A stretch of DNA of 63,805 bases from Harriotta raleighana. Lineage: Eukaryota. Every line of letters starts with the position of its first letter. Position 1 is the first letter of the stretch. The notes beneath the pieces are model-generated. The model did not search any database. It saw only the letters and a list, made by a program, of their open reading frames with translations, and was not told where the DNA came from. Of this stretch, positions 37,168 through 49,829 are shown piece after piece. The stretch lies in contig JBNZDD010013729.1 of NCBI GenBank assembly GCA_050575255.1, forward strand, positions 610,591 through 674,395. Direction: 5' to 3'. Made by a program: the position numbers and the translations under genes.

Positions 37168-37899
37168 TTTGGCTTGTTTTGTTCTTGTGATTTTGAGGTA
37201 ATGATTTCATAAGCAAATAAATTCATACTTGCATTGAAATCTGTTATTTTCATCTCACCAGTGAATACAGTTAACGAGTTGGTGGTCACCGCATCCTTTT
37301 CTTAATACTATACGTGTTGTTAACCCCCTTCCTCATCCTTTTCTTCCTCTCAGGATTGTACAGTACAAGGGATGCTTGTGTCAAACTCCTGTTGGAATAG
37401 AAGCCCAAGTTCTCCCATTTATACCTTTACAGACACAGCTCATTAACTACAAGGTTGGATTTCAAACTGCAGTGTAGAGGCTGGAAGAACATCAAAAGCC
37501 GGGCCTGACACATCTATTTACACAATGTTAATGATTTACTCAGTGCCAACTTTTACAGCTCATTTCCTCCTTATTCTTCCTCCTGGTATTTAATGACAAA
37601 GTCTAATAAATGGTATTATTTCTTAACTAGGCTAACCATCCTCTCTTTGTTATATATTTTTTTTGGACATAGCCCATATCAAACAAACAGAATTAAAGTG
37701 AGAGGATATCTGCACGGAATTGGAAGGCAAGTCATTCGAAAAATGAATCATCTTAAAGTTGAAGCCATTATTTGAAACGGAGGGGGTGGGGTGTGTGGGG
37801 AGGGGGGGGAATACGAGTCCCCACCGCCAGCCCGTCCCAACCTCCTCCATGCGTGACTGACCCAAGAGTCATTCTTGATTTGTGATCGCAAACAGCAAA

Positions 37900-38078
37900 G
37901 TGTTGGCAGGCCATTCAACCATGTGGGTTTCCAGCAAAATCACAGCCAAGCCTAATTCTGCCCTCTTCTGTATTGCCAGCCTGGGCAGGGGATCAGCTAA
38001 ACTCAGTAACTGAACCTGGGACCTGCCTAATCTGCAATGGTTCACACTAAATAGTAGTTTTATCAACCAAACTATCAG
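37900..38078 (-). mobile_element. Ancient AmnSINE2-like fragment
   Basis: GATCAGCTAAACTCAG...GAACCTGGGACC is the reverse of the head seen at 58476. Confidence 0.5.
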
Positions 38079-38534
38079 ATAAGACCCGATTGTTAGCCTT
38101 TGTAATATCTCTTTATTTTTGATCCATTTGATGGCAATAAATAAATATTGCCCAACAACGTATTTTGATTGCGCACTGCTCCCGTGTTACATGCATCTTC
38201 TGCACGCACATAAGTGCACACACACCATCGGATGGTGAATCTAAATTGATGTAACTGGAGTTTGTTCCATGTATTTTCGATTGTGTCTAACCAAATAGGT
38301 AGACGGACCACAGTCCACATCCGTAGAAGCAACAACTTATTGAGATGCAGCGAAGCTACTGATTGATTCAGTTAACTGTTCGCATCCGACAAATCCAGTC
38401 AGCCTCATTCATGTTGTGCCTGCTCGATGTAGGCAGAGTCTGTGGGAAGGGAAGATCCATGTAGAGGCAATCATTGTGCAATGGAATGGGTAGATGTTAC
38501 CAAACAAAAAGTTATGTTTCAAAATGGGAGTGTC

Positions 38535-38875
38535 TATAATAATCCTTGCGTTTGATATAGCGCTTTTCACATTTTATCCACATTTCAAAGCGCTTCACAG
38601 AATATACTGACTGTAAAGTGAATTGACTGTATATTTTTGGGTGAAACGCAGCAGCCAATTGCACACAGCAGCGTGCCCCCACAAACAGTTGTGGAATGAA
38701 ATGACCAATTTTTCTTATTGTGTTTCTTTTTGCACGGATTATTATGAGGCGCGCGTGTGTGTGTGTGTGTGGAGTAAGGAAACCTGCCTGGATTCGAACA
38801 CAGGTCTCATGCTTGTAAGGCTTGTATGAATCTATGAATCTAAGGCGAGTGCTCTCACCACTGAGCTGCAGGATC
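38535..38875 (-). mobile_element. Full-length young SINE with a small duplication in the head
   Basis: Tail, core and head; extra CTTGTATGAATCTATGAATC between two TAAGG. Confidence 0.92.
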
Positions 38876-39514
38876 AATGCTAGGATATGGAGGCAATGCT
38901 GGGATCGGATTGGTTTTGCTCTCCATCACTGAGGAATGTGGAATGGGGGTCTTGACTTGTTTACGGTGGGAATGTGCAGAGACATTCCGGCTAAACGTAC
39001 TGACACATTTCTGCATTCCCCCGGGCTGAACACTGTACCTGGTCTGTAAGAAACCAAACCGAGGAATTTGTTACTGTTGGAGGACACGTAGTACAGAACT
39101 GTATAATATAAAGGAGATTATCAGATCATTGTGATTTACGGGCAGGCTCATTTGCTGCTGATGTGGCTCTTTCAAAATCATTCCCTGCCTTTATTGGCAG
39201 TCAACGCCATACACTTATTCTTTAACCGAGTTTGGGTACAAACAGTATGGGAATCTGTTTACCATCTGCGAGAGAGGACACGCTGAAAGGACGTCTAGTT
39301 CTCAGTACTGTATTACAGCTCAGACTCTCAGAAACAGAAAGAAATAAGAGGCCCTTTGGGTGTCTGCAGCTCGCTGTGAAAGCTGCAACGCAGCCATATT
39401 TTCCCAGTTTTTAAACTTTGTTTTAAGGTTACCAGCTTGTGTTCTCCGAGCAAAGAATTTAAACGCAGCAATAATAAAGCCTTGTTTAAGACCATTTAAA
39501 GACACAGGTCTGTA

Positions 39515-39615
39515 GGAGATCTGTAGCTTTAGTAGTTAAGAGCGCTCGCCTGGCAAGCAAGAGGATCTGGGTTTGATTCCGTATCAGGGCGAAATGTTGG
39601 GCAAGTTTTCTTTCA
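39515..39615 (+). mobile_element. SINE tRNA head only
   Basis: CTGTAGCTTTAGTAGTTAAGAGCGCTCGCC...GGTTTGATTCC...GGGCAAGTTT. Confidence 0.7.
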
Positions 39616-39961
39616 AATAAACAAGGCGAGATATTAATTCCCAATTTGACCTGTACACTTACTAAGAGGGGATAAAATATTGCCCGGTTAATTGCCTTGT
39701 GTGGTCCTTCAAATGGAATTATTTTGAAATATTATCTTTTTTTTTTGGACCACCCTCTTGCGCTCAGTCAAACCTGGACCACTGACCTCAGTGGGCAGAG
39801 CTCCGGGTACGAGCCCAAAACAACACTCTGGGTGGTCAGCAAGATACATAGTTCACTCTTTCCAACCTGGATCCCACAGACTGCTGAATCAGCCTCTCCC
39901 GCTTCTCCTTTGCCTGGGTAATTTGTGTACAAACTGGCAGAACACCCACAATGTGGTCCTT

Positions 39962-40260
39962 CAATAATAATCCTCGCATTTGATACAGAGCGCTTTTCAC
40001 ATCTTCTATCGAGACGTCGCAAGGCGCTTCACAGAATATACCGTAAAGTGAATTGACTGCGTATTCATTGGTGAAACACGGCAGCCAGTGTTCCACAAAC
40101 AGTCGTGGATTGAAATGACAAATTTATTAATGTTTTTTTCGAGGGATTATTATTAGGCATATGAAGTAAGGAAAGTTGCCCAAGGTTTCGCCCTGCCAGG
40201 AATTAAACCCATGTCTCGCATGCCAAGGCGAGTGCTCTAACCACTGAGCTACAGTACTCA
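39962..40260 (-). mobile_element. Full-length young SINE
   Basis: Tail, core and head GTGCTCTAACCACTGAGCTACAG. Confidence 0.9.
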
Positions 40261-40434
40261 GAGGGCTTTGAATGTTTTAATCTGATGGTTATAGCTAACA
40301 CAGCTAAATAGCAAAAATGGATGGCTTAAGATTCAATGTAAACACCTCTATTTGAACACCACAAAATAGATTTTTCGATAAGTTTCCAAATAACCACTCG
40401 GTAAAAACTGAATGAAATTAAAGCAATCAATTAG

Positions 40435-40640
40435 GAAATAAGAACTCGCATTTTAACAGCACCTTATCATCTTTATATGTCTCAGAGTATCTTTGATGAA
40501 TTATTGTCAAGTTCAGAGACTGCCTTTGTCGGTAAATTCAGCAGAGGTGATTTGATAAAATCTTGATTTTAACGTCTCATTTGAAAAAAGATACCTTCGA
40601 TAATCACTTCTGTTGAATGGAAGATGCTAGATTAAATATC
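40435..40640 (-). mobile_element. Old DeuSINE fragment
   Basis: Reverse L2-type tail and GAGACGTTAAAATCAAG Deu-like motif. Confidence 0.5.
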
Positions 40641-41464
40641 TAGATCCACCACTGCTTCACAACTTCTTTGTTCACGAGGAATCTCAGTTTCAATCTTTGC
40701 AACTCAAATAAACCCTTGAAATTTAAGTATTCCCCCCACCGCCCCCCCTTCTGTTCATGGTTCCTGTTGCATTAAAATTGATGGTGTGAGGTCTTCATTG
40801 GGTCCTTATAAAATGATCTGTGCTGTTCCTAGACATTCTAACTGATTAAATCTTATCGTCTTCTGAAACAATTCTCTGCAATGAGTGTGGTCACACAATT
40901 GGACCTTTATGTTCCGTTCGTGGACATACAAGTACAGTATGAATTCTGGAATAAATTCCCGAGTTTTGGGTGTGGGTTTCACAGTCACTGAACAAGACAG
41001 AAGGTAATCTGCAGTCCATTCCACTTTCCTTTAAACCATCTGCTAACTTCAGAAGCGATTGAAGAGCGTACCTGAACTTTGCCCTCTATATCTCAAGGAG
41101 ACATGAACTATTTTCCAGCAAAACACAAGGCCGAGCCTGTACCATGTGTAATTACGACTTCCCTTTATCTAACCAGTGCGCATTATCTGAAAAAGATCCA
41201 AGATTGTGCAAACGAGAAACAGAACACATCACTCTTAAAGAGCTGTTGTCTCAGCTCTTTCAGTTCATTTAATCTAATAATATGCTTTCAAAAAATATAC
41301 TAGATGTAGTCTATCATATAAAGTTGGTTTGCAGAAATCAAACACCAAGATCGTAGGTGGTGGGAGGTGGTCTCACTGGATCTCAATACTGTACTATCTT
41401 TGACTAGGTGTGCTCACAATGAGGATCGATAGCACAAAACATGAATATGCCAAGCATAGACTTA

Positions 41465-41720
41465 CTTAAATGCTACAACATGGAAACAGGCCATTTGGTC
41501 CAGCCAGTGTCTGCTGATGTTAGTGCTCCACACGAGCACTAAATCTGCTCTCACATCTTCCTTTATTCCCCTTCTCCCTCGTGTGCATTTCAAGATTTTC
41601 CCTCAAATACATTGATGCTTTTTGCTTCAACCACAATTTCTGGTACCGAGCTCCACATTCTTACCACCATCTGCATAAAGAAGTTATTTCTAAACTGCCT
41701 CTTAGCCTACTACTGGCTAT
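41465..41720 (-). mobile_element. Old CR1 3' fragment
   Basis: GGAAACAGGCCATTTGGTCC tail and GCTTCAACCAC...GAGCTCCACATTCTTACCACC. Confidence 0.65.
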
Positions 41721-42404
41721 CTTATATTTATGCCCCCCGCACCCCCACCACCTTTTTTTGGGATTCATTCACAAGTGAAAACAGCCTGATAATTCGATGA
41801 GTATCAGATTCATTTATAATTTAACAACAACAAAAAAACTTGCATTTTTTAAAAAGTGCCCTCCACACAGGGTAGCATGTCAGGAGCATGTAACATTGAT
41901 GGAGTTTAAACTTGAGCAGCGAGAAAAGGAGGAGACACCTTTCAGAGTCAAAGTGGGGAAAAAACCTTCAGATGCCACCTAAAAACAACCTCTTTAAATC
42001 ACCTCTATCAGAGCCCAAACCCCCCACCCTCCCCCAATAACTTCTGTCTCATCTCCAGGTTTGTTAGGAACAGTCTCAGCTAATCAGACCTGTGTTCTTG
42101 GCCAATGATATGGGCTCATAAATCTTAACGAGGGACAGGAACGAAATATTTATATTTCCAGTGACCCAACAAGTTTGGTCTTGCTCTTTCAGAAGCCAGT
42201 CATAATCATTCCCCCCCACCACCCCCTCGCAAACAAACCGAATGCAATTTGAAGCTCATAATAGATAATTTTTTAATGGAATTTAGCTTCCTTATTATAG
42301 AACTTGTTGTCCATCACATGCTGATCACTAAAAATAGCAATCTTGTATTACTCCTTTATAAATAGGATTTTTAACAATCCGTATCCATTAGATCCCAAGA
42401 TTTT

Positions 42405-42610
42405 AATCTCCTAGGATTTGGATTCAAATCCAGCCCACATCAATAGGATTAATCTTTCCTCTTCTGGCTTTAAGACTCAGAAATTAACTGAGTTTGGAAC
42501 AATCAAGTTCACAATGGTTTTGTTGTTCTGACAGAACAAAATTTCTTCTAATTCTGTGTAGTTTGGCAGTCTCATTTGTACTCTAAATTTCAGTCAGAAT
42601 GGCAGAGGAG
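42405..42610 (+). mobile_element. LF-SINE-like ancient SINE fragment
   Basis: CTCCTAGGATTTGGATTCAAATCCAGCCCA...GAGTTTGG...TTGGCAGTCTCA resembles recalled LF-SINE consensus. Confidence 0.45.
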
Positions 42611-42684
42611 TTAACAAAATAATTTTAATAAGAGTCCAGCAGCACATTGAATAATTTAAGAAATCCTGTCAGCCTTCTTTATAA

Positions 42685-42982
42685 TAAATAATAATAATCC
42701 TTGCATTTGATATTGCGCTTTTCCACATCTTATCAACGTCTCAAAGCGCTTCACAGAAAATACCGTAAATTGAATTGACTGTATATTTGTGGGCGAAACG
42801 CAGCAGCCAATTCCGCACAGCAGCGTCCCCCACAAACAGTCGTGGATTGAAATGACCAATTTTATTACTGTATTGTGTTTTTTTTTGGACGGATTATTAT
42901 TAGACATGTGGAGTAAAGAAACTTGCTCAAGGTTTCGCCCTAACCTGCCTGGATTTGAACACAGATCTCACGCTTGTGGATA
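42685..42982 (-). mobile_element. Young SINE (dimeric-type junction, 5'-truncated)
   Basis: Tail, core, B box; ends CTCACGCTTGTGGAT. Confidence 0.9.
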
Positions 42983-43699
42983 ATTTTTTTTTATTTTTTT
43001 CGCAGCCTATCCGCAGACCAGTGAAACCTATGATGGGGTGTTGGTGGGGGGGGGGGGGTAATAGCAACATCCATACAGAAATAACAAGGAAATCAGCAAG
43101 CTTATCCTCAGTAAAAGTACCCCAAATGACTCCATGCTGAACTTTCCTTCGCATATGAACAAACAAGGACTGCAGTGAACACTTCCATGCTAACACTGCA
43201 CAGACTACATTGGAGGAATGGACAAATGCCTTGCAGCTATCGACGCCTTGCCCCAGGCACCAGGAGATTTAGACCAATGAAATCCATCACATAGCGGTAA
43301 CAGGAACACCAATCTTCCTCCAGTGTCATCTTTTTTTTCTCTAGTCACATCTGCAATTACGTTCTACCGCAGGCAACACGGTTATTCCTGAAAAAGAGAT
43401 ATTAGCAAGACTTTCTGGGCAGTCTTAAGACAGAAAGTGCCTTTTCTTTTTATCCAGTCACTTATCTATCATTATTTATTTATTATCATATCTGCCATAT
43501 GATCTACACAAACATTGAGTACTCCTTTGACGAAGAAATCAAGTCATTTTCTAATGGAGTTTTTTTCAAATGCTCTGGTGGAGAGTATTTGCTATGTCTT
43601 GTCTATGGCATAAAGCATCTAATCATCCCACCCGGCTGTCAAAGGTTTGTGTTTTGAATTGTTCCTTTTGAGCAACGATTGACATGGGAAGAGTTTGGT

Positions 43700-43930
43700 A
43701 ATACTAATCTTTGCATTTACTATAGCACCTTGTCACAACAACAACAACTTTGATTTATACAGCGCACTCCACGCCAGATGGCGTCTCAGAGCGCTTAAAG
43801 TGCTCACATCTTCAAGATGAAAGCGCTTCACAGGAGAGATTGTAAAGTGAATTGACAATTTTGTGAGTGAAATGCGGCAGCCCATTGGGCACAGCAGCGT
43901 CTCCACAAACTGTCATGGATTGAAGTGACC
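43700..43930 (-). mobile_element. SINE 3' half with a second L2-family tail nested at 43736-43800
   Basis: (CAA)n-CTTTGATTTATACAGCGCACTCCACGCCAGATGGCGTCTCAGAGCGCTTAAA inside the SINE tail. Confidence 0.75.
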
Positions 43931-44959
43931 ACCCTCTAATGCCAGGCTGTATCTGGTTGTGATTTCTTGCCTATTTGTGGCACTTAGCAATGCCCATGAA
44001 ATTTTTTGAAGGTTGTTGAAGAGTCGTTAAATAAAATATACAAGTCCTTTTACTTTTTAACCATCTGGCTGCTAGAATTTCTGCCCTTCAGGGGCCAGCC
44101 TGGTTTCCTGTGAGAAACTGTCACTGTTCCTGTCTGATCATACTGCAGTCTCAACCACACTGCCTCTCCTCATCTTCCCACTGGCCTTACTCGCATGACG
44201 GAGTGTAAGGCTGGGCACCTAATCCCCGTCAATGTCACCACATTCCTGCAGGGATGGGGATGGGGGGGAACATCAGCCCAGCAAAACCACACAGAGGACA
44301 GAATCCCCCACACAAGACATCCATAATAATAATTGTTGCATTTGGAAAAAGGACCCTGATAGGTCTGTGTGGCACCTCAAAGAACTTCACAGATTATACT
44401 GCAAAGTGAATTGACTGGATATTATGAGCAAATCTATCTGGCTAGACAGGATGTAAGCCAACCTCAAAGTGCACAGGAACAGGAGACACACAACACAGCA
44501 TAGTGACATAGGTTCACTAGTTGGAACAGCATATACTGTACTTTTGTTTTTATTTTTGAAAAAAACATTATTATTTAGTTTGTCTTTTTGCTACACATTT
44601 TAAAGGGAAAAGAACTGTATCGCAATAATGTATTCCACAAAATACTTATTTTCTTCATTGCGAATCAATCGTTACTTTACCCAGGATTTATCCATTTGTT
44701 TCGTATCAATGAAACCCCAAAGGAAGATCAGGTTAATGTGCATATAAAATATTGTACAATTTTTAACACCCCACCCCCCCTACTCATTATTCCCCCCACC
44801 ACTTTTGGGAAATGGGAAGTGCTGCTATGCTTGCACTGATTGCCACAGAAAGCACTGTCCTGGCTCAACATCTAGGCTACAAGGCTGTGCTTATAAGGAC
44901 TACTACCTCCACCATGGAGTCCTTAGGTACATACCCCTAGCAATACATAATTCCTCTGC

Positions 44960-45410
44960 CGTAATAATCCCGCATTCAATATAGTTCCTTTCACGTCTGG
45001 AAACATCCCGACGTGCTTCACAGGATTTGCTGTAAAGTCCAGGTACTGTATATATTATTGGCAAACAGTAGCCAATTTGCGCACAGCAAAGACCGGCAAA
45101 TAATTATGAAATAAATGACAAATTTTATTTGAGAGATTGCTGGCCAGGACACTGGGAGAAACACTCCTTTCAAATAGTGACTCAGGATTTTTACCATTCG
45201 ATTGAACAGACAGACTCCTGGGACATCAGTTTAACATTCTATCTAATTTCTTTCGATGTTAAACTCACATGCTCCAACAATGCAGTACAACCACCTCCAA
45301 GACTGTGTTTGAATGTCAGCCTTGACTGAGTTCAAAGTCCCAATGGGGGGGGGGTTTGAATCCATAACCTTCTGACTCAGATGCAAAAGTACTGCCAACT
45401 GAGCCAGTCA
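44960..45410 (-). mobile_element. Near full-length SacSINE1/AmnSINE1-like DeuSINE
   Basis: CCAATTTGCGCACAGCAA, GGCCAGGACACTGGGAGAACACTCC, AACCTTCTGACTCAGA...CCAACTGAGCCA head. Confidence 0.75.
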
Positions 45411-45494
45411 AAACTTTGCTGCCTTCAGAACCTATGAGATCACTGGTACCTTCTTTCCTCGGAACTAAGTAGCTAATGCATATGGTAGTGTATA

Positions 45495-45892
45495 ATAATA
45501 ATTACAATCCTTGCATTTGATATAGCGTTTTTCACGTCTTCTAGATGTCTCAAAGCACTTCACAGAGTATACTGTAAAGTGAGTTGACTGTGTATTTGTG
45601 GGCGAAACGCGGCAGCCAACTGCGCACAGCAATATTCTATAGTCATGGATTGAAATGACCAATTTGATTATTGTGGTTTTTTTGGAGGGATTATTATTAG
45701 GTGTGTGGAGTAAGGAAACTTGTCCAAGGTTTCGCCCTGACCTGCTTGGATTTGAACACAGGACTCACGCTTGTGGATTATTATTAGGCATGTGGAGTAC
45801 GGAAACCTGCTTAACATTCCTTGCCTGGAATTGAACCCAGGTCTCTCGCCTATAAGGCGAGTGCTCTAGCCACTGAGCTACAGGACTCCACT
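45495..45892 (-). mobile_element. Dimeric young SINE (duplicated 5' module)
   Basis: Two B-box / GGAGTA(A/C)GGAAAC / ATTATTATTAGG modules before one core and tail. Confidence 0.88.
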
Positions 45893-46919
45893 TTGAGTCG
45901 CTGCCACCAGCTTACTTTCGCTGCTATAATTCCTGCAGATGCAGAAAAAAATACTTATGTCTTTGCCGTGAAGGGACATGTGCCATTTAGAAATTCATAA
46001 ACTCTGAAATTTGTTCCTGGTTAATTTGTGACTTTACTTACCAGATATTGCTGCCACCAACACCATCTTAAATCGAAAATGAGCTACCAAATTCCTCCTT
46101 TGCTTGTCCTCCAATGATCTGTTCGGTAATGTTGATCATAACAACAGTGTTTATACGCTACAAGGATGGGTAGAGATAGCAAAGAAATTGCACATTCTTC
46201 AGGTCAAATCAAGGAAGCAGACCACGACTCGATGGCATTAACTTGAAGGGGTTTTATGCCAAAACTGTCTACAGTATGTGGTATGTATTTTAATGAAATA
46301 AGTCAATTTCCCCCAAATTGTGTAACTTCTGCAATATTTCCGTGAAGGTTGCATTGTAATACAATAAGTAACCCCAATGTTGGTAAGAATAAAGGAAGCT
46401 TTATCCAGTTATGTAACTGGCCTTGGGAAATTTAAAAATGCTGACATTGAGAGTTGGATAAAGGGATTAGAAATTGGAATACTTGTAACAACCCCTCTCC
46501 TCCTTCCATATCACAATAAAGACTGATTCTTGCTCTCTCGTGCTCTGAACTGCTATCTCAAGTGAAATAAATAAATGCAAGTTGTGTTTGCACAAATATT
46601 TAACGTTCTGCAGCAGGCTTTACAAAAAATGTTGTTCTTTCTGCTTTGAACCCGAATGTTTTATAGTACAATCCTTACTCTTTGTTCCCTCTGCAGCCTC
46701 ACTCCTGCATATTCCCCTTCACCCACTACGTTGTGTAAATTTCACAGACTTGTGTCTCCGTGCAGATTAACACCTAAAATCAACAGTGTTTGAACATGCT
46801 TCCACTTGTGTCTCTGCAACTTCCACCAAATGTATGACTGAGCCTTCTTGTGATGTGCTTTCAGCTGCTTTAGGCAGATCTTAGAAAACAGACAAGCAGT
46901 TAATCAAATACAACATGGA

Positions 46920-47887
46920 AAATTTAATCATTTCCTAGTTTATTACTTACAGGGAGAGAAAAAGAAAAAAAAGCTTCCAGAATTTACAAACACCACATTG
47001 TCTAATCCGGGGCAGGTCTTGTCTGTATACAATGCCCGTTTACATTATATACATAAAGGAAGACTGAATTTGATTTTTTTAAAAAACTATGGATTCAAGT
47101 TCCACTGATGTTCATTAAGTACCATGTACAGTAAAGTCACCATCTCCTGACTGTAATATATCTTCTCACGTAAAATACAACAGTATAAAATTATTGTGGA
47201 AACAACTGAACAAACAGCAGGATTATGTTACAGGTACTGTAACGGTATCAGTGAATGGGACTGTACACCAAGGCCTAACTTCAAGATTACGCTATTTATA
47301 AACAACAGCTTGCATCTAAGAATAGGATTGTAATCTATTCTTATTGCGTATATTCACAAGTTTTAAGCAAAAGTTGCCTGTTTAGAACAAAGCAGGAGGG
47401 TTTACCTCCAGTCACATCAATAATGGATGTGAGTTAAAAAAAAATCAGTTCAAAAAACATATCAATATAAAGGAACAGAAAATGTTAAATATTATTTTGT
47501 ATTTTCCAAACATTAGCAACTTTAAAAAAACAATTTCTATATTTAATAATTTACAGCGGAAATCCTTAATATTTTCAGCAGCAAGTGAAAGTCAAGGTTA
47601 ATGTAACATACTCATTGTTATGTGTGTGTTACAGTCCAGGTTAGGTATCTCTGAGTTTGCATTGCTCACAGTGTTTCAATATCCATTTTCTGAGAAAGTT
47701 GAAATCTGAAGTAGAATGTGCTGATGAGGGTTGCCAGCAAGTGGGTTGAAGCAGATTCTCTGCAGTGCATGTCACAAGTGCACGCTGTGTGCCCCACATA
47801 CGCATCCACATACACATCCACACACGCACACACTCACACAAGGATGTGAACATGCAGTCCAGTCAAACAACTAAGTCCTGAGGTTTC
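46920..47887 (-). other. 3'UTR of the right-hand gene
   Basis: Repeat-free and U-rich on the minus strand, from the stop codon to the poly(A) signal; Pumilio-type TGTATATA at 47046-47053. Confidence 0.65.
46939..46944 (-). terminator. Polyadenylation signal AATAAA with downstream GU-rich element
   Basis: AATAAA (46939-46944), ATTAAA (46923-46928), then TTCCATGTTGTATTTG...TTGTCTGTTTTCT. Confidence 0.65.
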
Positions 47888-48034
47888 CTACAGCAAACCG
47901 GAGTGATCTTGATATGTCGTACCATCAGTTGCATGAAAGGGAGTGAGGTCCTGGTTGTAACTGTACAGAGGATTCAAAGCCTGGGTACTCATTAAGTCCA
48001 TGCAAGGCTTGCCAAGGGATAGGGAGTCATCATT
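47888..48034 (-). CDS. Terminal coding exon of an unidentified gene: NDDSLSLGKPCMDLMSTQALNPLYSYNQDLTPFHATDGTTYQDHSGLL*
   Basis: Strong acceptor tttttctttttgcattcctgtttcag|A; phase-0 frame open for 48 codons to TAG; followed by 3'UTR and poly(A) signal. Confidence 0.65.
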   Translation of the reverse strand, partial: NDDSLSLGKPCMDLMSTQALNPLYSYNQDLTPFHATDGTTYQDHSGLL

Positions 48035-48887
48035 CTGAAACAGGAATGCAAAAAGAAAAAAAACAAATCAGGATTTTCTCAAAGTAACAGAATAAGCATA
48101 CATTATAGCCATTTTATACACATTGGACATGTCTGCTCTTCACAAGAGAAAACACATCATGAATAAGGTAGAAACACTTCTATCTTGCCCGTTGAACATT
48201 CCATACTTACTAACATAAGAACCTCACCAGGAAAAAATGCTGTTCCAATGGCAAAGTCATTTTAAAAATAGTTACAAGTCCTTGTGAGCTCACACACAAC
48301 CCAGTGCACATCTGTTTTCCCAAAATAGACACAAGCGTCTCAAGCAGGAGGTTAGTGTGAAGCATGTCACCTCATAAAACCAACTTTGTTTTGAAAAAAG
48401 CTTTAATCCGAAGACATTTTGAGGAGACTGAAAGGTATATAATCCAAACCACACTATTCTACAGCCAATATGGAGGAAATTCCCTATCAAGGGCTGTCAA
48501 TATGCCCATTTTTCCTCCATCAGTGGTTTTGGTCAAAAATCTGTTTCAAATGAAAATAAGAAACAGACTGAAAAGCAATCTGGACAGTGAGTTGCCGTAT
48601 TCCTGAGATGTAAACTAACGTTCCACTGTACTAAAAGCATACACATTTTTTCCACTTGAGTGTCTGATAAATTAATATTCAGAAGGATGAAAAAAACTAG
48701 CTAATTTGACTGCAATTCATCAAAATAATTGGTTACCACGACTCTGAATTTCAAAGAGTCCTGTACATAATGTACAGCAAATACAATCATTTCTTACACT
48801 AATCACATACACACCCTAACACAACACAATCATACACACTACATAAACAAAAAAAACACAAACAACACAAACAAACGCACACCATAC

Positions 48888-49007
48888 CGGTTCATTTCAT
48901 AAACTATCCATGTACCACAACGGCCAATCCAATATCTCAAGTATTTCTCACAGACTGCTTTTCACCAGAATTTGTTCAGCTAAGCAAAATCCTTATTGTG
49001 TCTTGCA
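48888..49007 (-). other. 120-nt cassette or penultimate exon with stops in all three frames
   Basis: Acceptor cattttttctgttcag|T, donor ACCG|gtatgg, UG/U-rich intron immediately downstream. Confidence 0.6.
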
Positions 49008-49829
49008 CTGAACAGAAAAAATGCGATAAAAATGTAGAAGAGTTGAATTTTAAAAATATATACTGAAGTTCAGCCTACACAAAAATTAGCAGGTACTGTA
49101 CATGGACTTAATTCTATTTCGTTTTGATTACGTATTCAGCCTGCCATAACTCTGAATGCTGCATTAGCAAACAGTGAATGTTCTGTTGATCAGGCAATTT
49201 GCTAGGATCAATTATATAATGGGGTTGACATTAAATTGCAAGCATTTGAAAAGATATTTGAAGAGTGATTCCTTATTTTAAGAAAAAAGCTAACCAAAAG
49301 GTACTCTCACAGTGGAGCTAAATGTCATATTATTTTACATGAAGTCGTTATGTAGCATCCAATTAGTTGTTAAGACTCATTTGTCAACTTTATCAAGAAA
49401 ACACTCGTAGTCATCAAAGTCAATTTTGGGAAATGCAACACTGTTGTAATTTTGGCATTCAGCTTTGTGAAGGATAACCAAGTCAAGGGCCAGTTCCTCC
49501 TTATGCTGGCAATGGGGTCAACCTTACACTGACTACTAAAAACAGTAATCTTTTCATTATATATTTTTAGTTCAAAGCAAAACAGATTGGCAAAATAGAT
49601 AGCATAACACTAGACAAATCCCATTTTCCCATAACCCCAATTTCAAAAAAGTATCCTCACCCAAACCAAATTGTGCACTTCTGTACCAATCACCCTCCTG
49701 AGCAAGTGGCCAAATTTCTACCAAACTGTACACTGTTCTGTGTTGTAGGGCCCATACTCACAGGCTGAAATTGCACTACTCAATTTTAAACTGAAAGAGG
49801 CTAAGGCCATTCATTCATCCCATTGTTGC

